Positions 22,601-31,568 of a stretch of 38,093 nt of DNA are shown piece after piece. Within the stretch, counting starts at the first letter, position 1. Every line of letters starts with the position of its first letter. The notes under the pieces are model-generated. The model did no database searches and was not told where the DNA came from. It worked only from the letters and a program-made list of their open reading frames with translations. The position numbers and the translations under genes are program-made. The stretch comes from Stramenopiles sp. TOSAG23-2 (lineage: Eukaryota): positions 1-38,093 of the forward strand of contig LT649319.1 of assembly GCA_900128395.1 (NCBI GenBank), read 5' to 3'.

Positions 22601-23354
22601 GGATGTGAAATTATTGATTACAGGCCATAAGGATGTGAATGGTAGTAATGGTAATAATAATATGACATTGAAAGAATACGTGAATCAAGTTGGTAAAGAT
22701 AGTAATGGTCGTGAATATACACCATTAGCAAAAGCAAACTACAAAGTCATTGTTGATTATTTATTCTCCATCTTGCTAGATGGTGTAACACTTAATACAA
22801 ACACATTGACTGATGTTTATATGAAAGCAGCTCCAAAAGGTACGCCATTAGTATGTGCATGTGAATTTGGACGTTTGGAGCATGTGAAAATATTGATCAC
22901 AGCAGGCCATGTTGGGAATGGTAGTAGCAGTAATAAAGTGACATTGAAAGAGATGGTGAACCAAGTCGGTAAAAATAGTAGTGGTGGTAAACATACACCT
23001 TTAATGATAGCTGCAGCGAAGGAACGTTTCCAAATAGTCCAATATTTAATTGAACAAGGTGAAGCTGATCCTAATATTGCACGTAGTAATGGAGACAATG
23101 CATTACATTGGGCAGCAATATATAACAGAACAAATACTGAGTTGATTGATTTGTTACTATCTCATATGTCTCTTAATAGCATTAATAAGAAGGCGTCCGG
23201 GGGAGGAGCCACTCCCCTGGACTTTGCATATAAGAGTAATAGTCCAATTAAACAAGAGATCATTACTCTTATACGTTCAAAAGGTGGAAAAGCAAATCAT
23301 TTTGATGAAAATGGTAGAAATGTAGGGAAAGGTAATGGTGATTTAAATCATTGA
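19620..23354 (+). CDS. Modular ankyrin-repeat protein with an N-terminal F-box-like motif
   Basis: 1244-aa ORF with many TPL-x-x-A ankyrin motifs (e.g. TPLMIAAAKERFQIVQYLIEQGEADPN, NALHWAA). FSTLPGIDDICVKTIIPYL...GRTTKRF near the N-terminus resembles an F-box; that part of the call is lower confidence. Confidence 0.9.
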   Translation: MNNAEFIERMSGILSTTNKDDDSKKDALIRLRAIVNFEITKLSTERPKSNYDFSTLPGIDDICVKTIIPYLSNDVQALVNMFGRTTKRFLTVSTVHGAYYCIVLPIKYGGIPGKELIHGCKNGTLTLKDANFLVNTLKRSIKLREDNYLKRNCLHFAGIKGHLSIVQFLVEEFKMDIDVKDGISKRVTYLSAFYGKVDVADYLVTKGGDLRVKNKGLLNGLKNRYNKEFPRGTPLVVACEFGRLEDVKILITAGHVGNGSSSNNMTLKEMVNQVGKSSSYGREYTPLAIAVNNKHQVIIDYLVDIAYADETELFRKYMKQFPRSTPLVCACQKGRLEDVKLLITGHDDVNGSNGNNNNMTLKEYVNQKGIDDSGFRQYTPLGIAINNKHQVIIDYLVDIAYADETELFRKYMKQFPKSTPLVVACQKGLLEDVKLLITGHDDVNGSNGNNNNMTLKEYVNQKGIDDSGFRQYTPLGIAINNKHQVIIDYLVDIAYADETELFRKYMKQFPRSTPLVCACQKGRLEDVKLLITGHDDVNGSNGNNNNMTLKEYVNQKGIDDSGFRQYTPLGIAINNKHQVIIDYLVDIAYADETELFRKYMKQFPKSTPLVVACQKGLLEDVKLLITGHDDVNGSNGNNNNMTLKEYVNQVGKDSYGREYTPLMAVGKNSSCGTVRYTKDQAIIDYLFSILLDGVTLNTNTLTDIYMKAVPKGTPLVCACEFGRLEHVKILITAGHVGNGSSSNNMTLKDMVNQVGKNRYGTKSRNGIKFTPLMIAVNKKHQVIIDYLVDIAYADETELFRKYMKQFPKSTPLVVACQKGLLEDVKLLITGHDDVNGSNGNNNNMTLKEYVNQEGRTSGGYDRTPVKAAARNGHFEIVHYLIKHGANAADNTPLVCACEKGRLEDVKLLITGHDDVNGSNGNNNNNNMTLKEYVNQTGKDSGGYNNIPLSAAIENNHTDIKMYLIEHGADLHKSYKKEFPRGTPLVCACEKGRLEDVKLLITGHKDVNGSNGNNNMTLKEYVNQVGKDSNGREYTPLAKANYKVIVDYLFSILLDGVTLNTNTLTDVYMKAAPKGTPLVCACEFGRLEHVKILITAGHVGNGSSSNKVTLKEMVNQVGKNSSGGKHTPLMIAAAKERFQIVQYLIEQGEADPNIARSNGDNALHWAAIYNRTNTELIDLLLSHMSLNSINKKASGGGATPLDFAYKSNSPIKQEIITLIRSKGGKANHFDENGRNVGKGNGDLNH
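20491..21567 (+). repeat. Coding tandem repeat, 282-bp (94-aa) unit, ~3.8 copies, with ABAB higher-order (564-bp) structure
   Basis: The anchor taaacaacaaacatcaag recurs at 20491, 20773, 21055 and 21337 (period 282). Units alternate FPRSTPLVCACQKGRL and FPKSTPLVVACQKGLL. A further near-identical block occurs at ~21950-22175. Confidence 0.95.
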
Positions 23355-24181
23355 AAATGATAAACCCCGGTTGAGGAGTGATTAAAAATTAAAAAAACGC
23401 CACATGCTCAAAATGTAGATGAAAATCCAATTTAATGTTAAAAACATACAGCGCAGTAAGAAAGTGTGGTAGATCGTATATATCGTGTAATCGTGTACCG
23501 ATAAAGAAGCGTTCGTATTTAAAATATGTGTGTGTACATTAATAATTAAAACAGGAAGTGTGTGTACAAAAAAGTATACTTCGTTCTAAAGTTAAAGTCT
23601 TTAAATCTATTTAAAATACAATTTTACAAGTTTGAATCAGAGAGAATTCTTGGTTTAAGGCTGATGGAATGCTGTGATACATCTGTGTTAAAAGATAATC
23701 TTTTTACGTTTTTTCCCTATATGTTTTCTGTAGTTACCTACATGTTTCAAAACTTCAAAACACATTCTCCATTTCACTCTATCAAATGAGACATAATTTA
23801 TACTTGAAAGGGATATTAGAATAGCACAATACTCATAGCAATCAATCAAAGCCAAAAAAAAATTTTCAAAAAAATCTGAAAACGGTTTGAATTGGCACTA
23901 TTTATATTGCCAATACTGTATAGTGTTAATATATATACTTTAAAAAATATTGAAAACACTTCTTCTTCTATGAATGAAATGAACATAAACAATATATATA
24001 TTTGACATCGAGAGAGAAAGGTTGCTTGTTTTATCAAAAATAAATAAAAAATATAGAGGAATATAGTAAGTATACAGGTATCTAGATATAGAAATAATAA
24101 TTGTTTTAAAAAAAATTTGAATATTGTATATCAAAAAAAAAAAAGCTAAATTATAATATATACAATAATATATAATTTAAA

Positions 24182-27100
24182 ATGAAAAAATCAAATACTA
24201 TACAATCAACTGATAATTTACAACAAATGTTATCCGTCGAAGAATTACCACCACCACCACCAACTGCACAAAGATGGAGAGATGGGGGTATAGTGCAAAA
24301 AAAAGTTGATGAAATAGAACGTCGTATCAGCGTTACTAGTTTGCAACAAGAACACGAAATGTTAGAGCAATCTGTTCTCCAGCAAGAAGTAGAAAAATTT
24401 CAAAGGCAACAACAACAACATTTAATAAGGGAAGAAAGATCACCTGGTACAGCAAATATGAATAACATTGTACGAACGTCGTTGAATAATAATAATAACA
24501 ATACTTCAATACTTCGTAACGATGATTCCACAAATGATTTATTTGAAGATCCTAATACAAAAAATGTGAAAGTTCGCGTAGCATTGCGTATCCGTCCATT
24601 GATTAAACGTGAAATGTTAGAAAATACTGTTAGTTGTGTCCTTGATGATGAAGAGCATAATGAAGTTATTATTGGACGTGAGCCGAAACAACGTCGTTTT
24701 ACATATGACTATGTTTTGGGACCACAGTCCAGCCAGCAGGATGTTTACGATAGGTGTCATGTAGCTTCATTGGTTGATGGTTGTTTTCATGGATATAATG
24801 CGACTATATTTGCATATGGGCAGACTGGTAGTGGGAAAACATATACCATGGGCTCATCGAGCTTACCCGAGACAAGAAGTAGCAGAAATAATCATCGTTT
24901 AAACCATAATCATCACCATGTTTATGAAGATGATAGTATAAGTAACAGTTTCGTAGAGGAGAGTAATAATGATCCTAATATTAATTACAGTGACAATGTA
25001 TTGAATATAAATGATCCAACTGCAGGTATATTACCACGCGTAGCAAAACGTTTATTTGATAAAATAACCAACAATCATCAACAATTGAATCATAATGGTC
25101 GTAAATTGAAATTTACTGTACGTATGACATTTATTGAAATACATAAAGAAAAAGTTCGAGATTTGCTACGGCCAGATGTTGGTCCGAAGCGTGTTGCTGT
25201 TCGAGATGATGGGAAAGGTGGTATACGCATTTCTGGTTTAAAACCCATTGTATTAAAGTCTGAAACAGATTTATTGAAACATGTCAATCGTGGTTGTATT
25301 TTGCGTACAACAGGTAAAACATTGATGAATGATCGTTCCTCACGCTCTCATGCCCTTATAACATTGATGTTGGAACAAGAATATGATTTAACAGAAGAGG
25401 AAATACAACGAAATAAATTAAAAAGGAAAAATAGGAAGAAAAAACGTCGTGGAAGATTCAATAATCATGGTGGTAATAATAATAGTAATAACAATAGAAT
25501 CGATGATGAAATGTCCAGTAAACGCCCTGGATATCGATGTGCAAAGTTGCATATTGTCGATTTAGCTGGATCCGAAAGGCAAAAACGCACTGGTGCAGTT
25601 GGCAATCGCTTTCAAGAAAGTGTACGTATTAATCAAGGTTTACTTGCATTAGGGAACGTTATAAGTGCACTTGGGGATCCGCGAAAAAATAGACGTAGAC
25701 ATCATGTACCATATAGGGAGTCCAAATTGACTCGTCTCTTGCAAGATTCGCTTGGTGGAAATAGCCAAACTTTAATGATAGCATGTGTTACCCCGGCATT
25801 AAATTCTTTGGAAGAAACATTAAATGTATTAAAATATGCCAACAGAGCACGTAATATAAAAAATAAGGCCAAGGTCAATGTGGAACCGGAATTGCCTGAA
25901 GTAAGTGATGAAGATAGTTTAACAGAGGAAGGTGATTTAAATGAGGAAAATGACGAAGAAGAAATTATGGTACAAGATCTCGATTTAGGAAATCAACCAG
26001 AAATGGGAGAACAATCCAATTTAAATGGTTTGAAAGAAGAAAATAATAAGATGAGTGAAATGATTGTTTTAAATGAACAAGAAAAAATACAAATACAATT
26101 AGAATTACAAAAATGCCAAGATGAAATGATGAATGTGAAAAATGATTTAGTATCAAGTGAAGCGCGAGTGTCTTTTTTACAAGACAAAGTGCAAAGCTTG
26201 GAAACGGAGCTACATGGTGCTAGACGGGAACGGAATCAAGTAGAACAAGCATTAATTGATGCCAGGAAAGATTTGGAACGCGATGAAGTTATTTTTGCGG
26301 AGAAAATTAGGCAAATGGCCGAATTGCAAAAGAAGGCAACAAAATTTTACAAAGATAAAAAGAATTTGAAAGAAGAAATAATTTCATTAAAAGCGAAGTT
26401 GAAAAGGATGGAAAAGGCGATTGCGGCGAAGGAGTCATCAAAAAATATTGATCCGATCATGATGAACAATAATGTTCCAAATAAATTAATGGCAATCTCA
26501 GAGGAAATGGATGACATAGGTGTCCAAACGTCATTTACTATTAGTAAAAATGATAATAATAATGATGATGCAACTGAATCACAAGACATTGGTGTTCAAA
26601 CAACTCATGATGAATTTGTAGTAAAGAGTCAAAACGATATTATAGTGCAAGATATAGAAGTCGAAGAAAAAGAAGATGAAGATAGCAAAAAAATATCAAG
26701 TGAGGAGAAATTAAAAAGTGATGGTAACAATGTTAAAAAAAGTATTAAATTTGTTTCCACCGGCTTAATGAAAAAGAGTACTAGTGATGAAGATGATGAT
26801 GATGAGGTGACAATAATGATTGGAGAGGAAAGTTTCGCTGCTGTTAATAATAGTATGATGAATATTAGTCGCATGGAAAGTGGTAAGGAAAATGTTGCAC
26901 CAACAAATAATGAAAATGATGATGAAAATAGCAACATTGTATCGCAACGATCGCGAATAGAAGTGTCCTCTTCGTCCGCACAATTGACAGCCGCGTGGTT
27001 GGAAGATGTGACTGATAAATTTGTCCAACGAAATGAAGATAAAGAATTTTTAATGAATAAAACTGCACGTCTACGAGTATTAAACAATGAAAAAGAACAA

Positions 27101-27676
27101 GCAGAATTGGCATTGCGCAATAGTGTATCGAATTACAACAATAATGATTCGTCAAAAGATGGTAATCAACAAAATACCAGTAATTTGGATAGCGAATTAC
27201 TTGAAAATCACTTAGAAGCGTTGGAAGTGGAAGTAGAGGTTGAAACTGCTGCGGTAAATGATTTACAAAATACAATGACTAATGATCCGAAAGTAGGATT
27301 AGCAGATATTTATGAAGCATTAGATGATCTAGAGGAAGGCGAAGCACGAGCATTGCTTCGCCGTTGCTGTTCACGTATGGCGAAATTGAAACGTGATCGT
27401 GGAAAATTTGAAGTGGAAATGAATCAAAAAAATATGAAAATCCAAGCACAAAGTGAACAATTAGCAAATTTAGAAATGACATTGCATCAAAGTAGCATTG
27501 AATATGATAGAAGGCTACGCGAGCAAAGGCAAAAATACGAAGCGAAAATGGGAGCCTTGCTTCGTAGAAGTTTGACTATAAATAGCACAAATAAACCTGT
27601 TACTGTTAGAATGAGTAGGAAACAATTGAAAGAAATCAATCCATTTGAAAATAAGAGGAGGAGTGAGTTTATTTAA
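24182..27676 (+). CDS. Kinesin-4 family motor, KIF7/KIF27-like
   Basis: Motor domain with VRVALRIRP, P-loop GQTGSGKT, switch I NDRSSRSH, switch II DLAGSER, HVPYRESKLTRLLQDSLGGNS and LKYANRARNIKN. The coiled-coil tail contains DEVIFAEK and EARALL...EYDRRL.EQ...YE.KM..LL blocks reminiscent of KIF7/KIF27. Confidence 0.9.
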   Translation: MKKSNTIQSTDNLQQMLSVEELPPPPPTAQRWRDGGIVQKKVDEIERRISVTSLQQEHEMLEQSVLQQEVEKFQRQQQQHLIREERSPGTANMNNIVRTSLNNNNNNTSILRNDDSTNDLFEDPNTKNVKVRVALRIRPLIKREMLENTVSCVLDDEEHNEVIIGREPKQRRFTYDYVLGPQSSQQDVYDRCHVASLVDGCFHGYNATIFAYGQTGSGKTYTMGSSSLPETRSSRNNHRLNHNHHHVYEDDSISNSFVEESNNDPNINYSDNVLNINDPTAGILPRVAKRLFDKITNNHQQLNHNGRKLKFTVRMTFIEIHKEKVRDLLRPDVGPKRVAVRDDGKGGIRISGLKPIVLKSETDLLKHVNRGCILRTTGKTLMNDRSSRSHALITLMLEQEYDLTEEEIQRNKLKRKNRKKKRRGRFNNHGGNNNSNNNRIDDEMSSKRPGYRCAKLHIVDLAGSERQKRTGAVGNRFQESVRINQGLLALGNVISALGDPRKNRRRHHVPYRESKLTRLLQDSLGGNSQTLMIACVTPALNSLEETLNVLKYANRARNIKNKAKVNVEPELPEVSDEDSLTEEGDLNEENDEEEIMVQDLDLGNQPEMGEQSNLNGLKEENNKMSEMIVLNEQEKIQIQLELQKCQDEMMNVKNDLVSSEARVSFLQDKVQSLETELHGARRERNQVEQALIDARKDLERDEVIFAEKIRQMAELQKKATKFYKDKKNLKEEIISLKAKLKRMEKAIAAKESSKNIDPIMMNNNVPNKLMAISEEMDDIGVQTSFTISKNDNNNDDATESQDIGVQTTHDEFVVKSQNDIIVQDIEVEEKEDEDSKKISSEEKLKSDGNNVKKSIKFVSTGLMKKSTSDEDDDDEVTIMIGEESFAAVNNSMMNISRMESGKENVAPTNNENDDENSNIVSQRSRIEVSSSSAQLTAAWLEDVTDKFVQRNEDKEFLMNKTARLRVLNNEKEQAELALRNSVSNYNNNDSSKDGNQQNTSNLDSELLENHLEALEVEVEVETAAVNDLQNTMTNDPKVGLADIYEALDDLEEGEARALLRRCCSRMAKLKRDRGKFEVEMNQKNMKIQAQSEQLANLEMTLHQSSIEYDRRLREQRQKYEAKMGALLRRSLTINSTNKPVTVRMSRKQLKEINPFENKRRSEFI

Positions 27677-27737
27677 AATTTATAAAATAATTCAAGAGAG
27701 GTTATATTATTCTAATTTTATAATGTGTGTTTTTTTT

Positions 27738-29517
27738 TTATATCTTGTCACCACCACTGCTACGCGAAACATTCATCTCAACATCATCAACTTTCTTATT
27801 TTGCTTACTTAATGATTCTTTAATCTTTAACAATTTATCGCCTTTTAAATCATATTGTCTCCAAATAAAATATTGACATATTGTACATATCAATGGAACG
27901 CCAAACATTAACAAAAATATTGCATGTTGCAATTTAGTATTTGATTCTATGCTATATTCCTCCTCATTATTATTTTTTTCAACATTTTTATTATCATGTA
28001 ATCCATTTCTACTTAATAACCAGACACCTAACATTGGTGCTAATGATTGACTTGGTTTAACAATCAATGCTTGAACACCATGAACAGATGTCGAAACAGA
28101 TTCTTTTCGTTTGTTTTTAACCCTATCTCCATCAATTACATCAGCCATAATTAAATCATAAAATCCCCAACTGGCAAATAAAACCATTTGTATTACAACT
28201 AATAATCCCCATAACATATGACTCTCAAATCCAACTAGTAACGCAAGTAAATTTACTGCCATTAAGGCTTCATTGACACGTTTTATAAAATCATATAGTC
28301 CATATTTATTTGCAAATGGTGTCATCATTTGAATACCAAATTTTGGTAAATACAAACACAACGTAGTAATTGATACGTAATAAAAAAATGGCATTCGACT
28401 GTACGAAGTGTATCGTTTGAAACAATGATGATGTTGTTAGAAAAAATATTCACTAATACTATAATACTAAAGGGTTTTTTTGATACACTTACTGTTTCAT
28501 AACCTCCTTATCTAAAAATATAAAAAATGATCTAGATAAAGTAACATTAAAGTTCATCATCCAATTCATACTAACATAGGCGACAAAATTTTTCTGTGAA
28601 GTGTAGCATATTATATAAATAAAAGAGTTATCGGTTAGACAGGGGAACATTTTCACAATTTTACCAGGGAAATAATGGAAAAATTTACTTACCTGTTTCA
28701 ACAATTGTTTTGCAAATGTTAACCATTTTTTAAATTCTTCAACATTACTATTAGTAGTCGTAACATTATTATTATTATTGGTTCCAGTAATACCATTATT
28801 AGCACTATCATTTGCTAATAAAGAACTTTTCTCTTCCTCGTCTTCAATAACATTGTTATTACTATCATTATTGTTTACAGCAACGCTTGGCATCACCATC
28901 ATTTTACCACTAAAATACCATCCTAAACCTGCAATAAATGAAAATATCCAAGCAACAGCTCGAAAGGATGATAAATTATTTTCATCCCACGTATAATATG
29001 CAGTCATTGCAAGGGAGGATCCAGCAAATGAAAACCATGCACTGAAATTATTTAATTTATTACGCTCCGTGGATTCAACGCATAAATCTGCTAATAATGC
29101 ACATTTCACTAAAAGAACATACGTTAAAAAGCCATCATAACAAAACATACTAAATAAAAAATGTCCAAATGCTAGATAACTATCACCATCAGAACTCCAT
29201 GGATACCAAGTCCACATAAAGAAGAAACACCATAATGGTCCGCCATATTTAATAACAGGTAATCGTCTATTTGCTTTATTTGCTGTATGATCGATTAACC
29301 AGCCAAACGCTGGATCATTTACTGCATTCCATATTCCATACATAATATGACCACTATAAAAAAATTTATTATTCAAACCAACAACGCGAGAAAAAAACAT
29401 AACATTAAACATGCCAAATAAAGTTCCTAATATTCCAGTCGAAAATCCACCTAGACCATATGCCAATGTTTGGCGATTTGTAACAATAAAACGATTAATT
29501 TTTTCCATCATATGCAT
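27738..29517 (-). CDS. Major facilitator superfamily transporter (MFS_2/GPH type, MFSD13A/TMEM180-like); 3 exons: 29517-28693, 28593-28493, 28398-27738
   Basis: Two track ORFs join in frame after removing two GT-AG introns, giving ~528 aa. Motifs include YGIWNAVNDPAFGWLID, ALLADL, IMADVIDGD and KPSQSLAPMLG, with multiple hydrophobic helices. The exact start Met (29517/29511/29508) is uncertain. Confidence 0.85.
28399..28492 (-). other. Spliceosomal intron 2 of the MFS gene (94 bp, phase 2)
   Basis: Donor CA|GTAAGT, branch-site-like CTAAC at 28440-28436, acceptor ACACTTCGTACAG|T. Splicing restores the frame into ...MKH RMPFFYY. Confidence 0.85.
28594..28692 (-). other. Spliceosomal intron 1 of the MFS gene (99 bp, phase 0, stop-free)
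   Basis: Donor CAG|GTAAGT, branch-site-like CTAAC at ~28638-28634, acceptor ACACTTCACAG|AAA. Removal gives ...LLKQ|KNFVAYV. Confidence 0.75.
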
Positions 29518-29676
29518 CACAGTGAGGGAGAGAGGGGGGTATAAACAATTGAATATATATATATATAGATGATGGATTAAAATGTAAATGAATATATTGA
29601 GTCGCTTTAAATAACAAATATCTTTCTTACCAGGTTTATAATCTATACCAACAACAAAATGTAAATGTGTAATAAA

Positions 29677-29863
29677 AATAATGAGGAGGAATATAGCATA
29701 GAATCAAATACTAATTTGCAACATGCAATATTTTTATTAATGTTTGGCGTTCCATTGATATGTACAATATGTCAATATTTTATTTGGAGACAATATGATT
29801 TAAAAGGCGATAAATTGTTAAAGATTAAAGAATCATTAAGTAAGCAAAATAAGAAAGTTGATG
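29677..29863 (+). repeat. 187-bp inverted duplicate of the MFS gene 3' coding end (27785-27971); gene fragment
   Basis: Reverse complement of 27785-27971 with 2 mismatches (actaaattg/actaatttg; tttgtta/tttatta). It explains track ORF 29665..29958. Confidence 0.95.
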
Positions 29864-29884
29864 TAACACTCTTTTCATCAAATA

Positions 29885-31393
29885 TCAATACGATGATTTC
29901 AAATCGTCCTGATGAACAGCATCACGTTTTTTTTTTAAATTCAACAACTCTTTCCTAATACGAACAGATTCTTTCCAATTCTCATACATATCCCCATGGT
30001 CGTTTAAAAAAGCATTACAGGATTCATATAACATTGCTACAAGATGCAAATCTTTTTCACCTTCGATGTTTCCACATGAGATACACATTCTTCCTAATGC
30101 ATATGCTCCTAACACTTTGTACCTCAAAAAATACAAAGAAAATGGATAAATGCTTCCATCCATACCCCCATTAATCATGATGTCATACGATAATTTTACC
30201 AATCGTTCTTCGTTCACTTTACGAATTTCAGGAGGGAAAACCCATTGTAAGAAATATGAAAGATCCAAATGACCTTCCATAAATTGTGTAAGTTGAAAAT
30301 CAATAAAAACTAATTCTTTTGTACCATCTGTTTTCTTTAAAATGTTCATTGGTTGTAAGTCACCATGACATGGCCCGACTGGCCACTTGCATTCCATTTC
30401 ATCTTCATGTAAGAGAATATTTTCAAGTAAATTTGCACACATTTTATCTATTTTATTCACAAATTCGTTTGGCCAAGGTGTACTTGGCATTTCACCTTTT
30501 TTTTGCCTGTTTTTAGTCATTGGCCAAGCTAAACTTTGAAGGAAAGTGCTGAATTTTTTTCGTTCTGCAACAAATTTAGTACGGCTATAATTTGTATTTA
30601 ATAATGCTAAAAGCCCGGGGCCTAGAAATTCATTTTTCTGTGTAATTATGCTGTCGTTGTTTATAAAATACGCATGGTGTTCCGTAATAGCTTTGACAAC
30701 ATTTTCAACATCTTCCATGTTTAAACAAGGGCGTGTAACACTGGTGTCTTGAAATTTGTAACGTCCCTCAAAATATGTTCGTATATCTTTCCCATTGATA
30801 ATTGTTTCAGCTGGTTGAATATCTTCAGTCAATAAAACATAATCATGTGCATGCCAAAAAAATCCATCTAAGTTAGAAAATATTAATTTTGGCATTCGAA
30901 GTGGCGTTACACCAGTAAACGTTTGATAGAACAATATTTCTTTATATACTGCACCATTTACATTTACAATACGAAATTTTAAATCTTTCCTGCATAGTTT
31001 GCATACGATACTATCAGGTAACTTTGGGTTTAAATTTGCTTCATTATATGTTAAAAGGATTCTACCACTTTCACCCATAGCCCCGTCTGCAAAGGGAATC
31101 ACACGAAAATCAATCACTTTACGAGTTTCTGGTGACTTGCATTGTTTAATAAAATAATCTTTCAACACATAATTTAACCACTCTTTCGTGACATAATTCA
31201 AATTGTATGGTTCAATTGGTATTCCATACATCATTGAATAAAAATATTTAATAGGTCGAGAAAAGATAGACGCATTAATGGCTGAGAAAATAGATTGGAT
31301 AAGCGATATCCATGGATTGTATTCAAACAATTTAAATAACACACCAATTGCTGCTATCGATGTCGCTCCATATACCGTCAATTGAGTCAACAT
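29885..31393 (-). CDS. Ecdysteroid-kinase-like / APH-choline-kinase superfamily phosphotransferase
   Basis: 502-aa ORF with catalytic CHGDLQPMNIL and metal-binding FIDFQ motifs, LPDSIVCKL (VAIK-equivalent), KEILFY, VLLTEDI and DLSYFL. The N-terminus is hydrophobic. Confidence 0.85.
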   Translation of the reverse strand: MLTQLTVYGATSIAAIGVLFKLFEYNPWISLIQSIFSAINASIFSRPIKYFYSMMYGIPIEPYNLNYVTKEWLNYVLKDYFIKQCKSPETRKVIDFRVIPFADGAMGESGRILLTYNEANLNPKLPDSIVCKLCRKDLKFRIVNVNGAVYKEILFYQTFTGVTPLRMPKLIFSNLDGFFWHAHDYVLLTEDIQPAETIINGKDIRTYFEGRYKFQDTSVTRPCLNMEDVENVVKAITEHHAYFINNDSIITQKNEFLGPGLLALLNTNYSRTKFVAERKKFSTFLQSLAWPMTKNRQKKGEMPSTPWPNEFVNKIDKMCANLLENILLHEDEMECKWPVGPCHGDLQPMNILKKTDGTKELVFIDFQLTQFMEGHLDLSYFLQWVFPPEIRKVNEERLVKLSYDIMINGGMDGSIYPFSLYFLRYKVLGAYALGRMCISCGNIEGEKDLHLVAMLYESCNAFLNDHGDMYENWKESVRIRKELLNLKKKRDAVHQDDLKSSY

Positions 31394-31568
31394 TTTCTTT
31401 TGTTTTCATACATCTGTTAGGATGTTTTCTTCGTAACAAACTTGATGACCTATAATGTGTATAGTTATCGATGTCGCTCCATATACCGTCAATTGAGTCA
31501 ACATTTTCTTTTGTTTTCATATATCTGTTCGCAATAAACTTGATGACCTATACTGTGTATAGTTATCT
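31355..31568. repeat. Imperfect 111-bp tandem duplication spanning the kinase start codon
   Basis: tatcgatgtcgctccatataccgtcaattgagtcaacattttc begins at 31355 and 31466. The second copy carries substitutions and a ~12-nt deletion, with TATC microhomology at the junction. Confidence 0.92.

Noticed and set aside
23562-24134. Short ORFs between the ankyrin and kinesin genes
   Set aside because: AT-rich and F/I/L/K-biased with no motif; a decayed gene fragment cannot be excluded but is unsupported.
27785-29863. Inverted repeats as transposon TIRs
   Set aside because: One arm is ordinary MFS coding sequence; no transposase or target-site duplication was seen.
29665-29958. 97-aa ORF as an independent gene
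   Set aside because: Explained by the inverted MFS fragment plus antisense overlap with the kinase 3' end.
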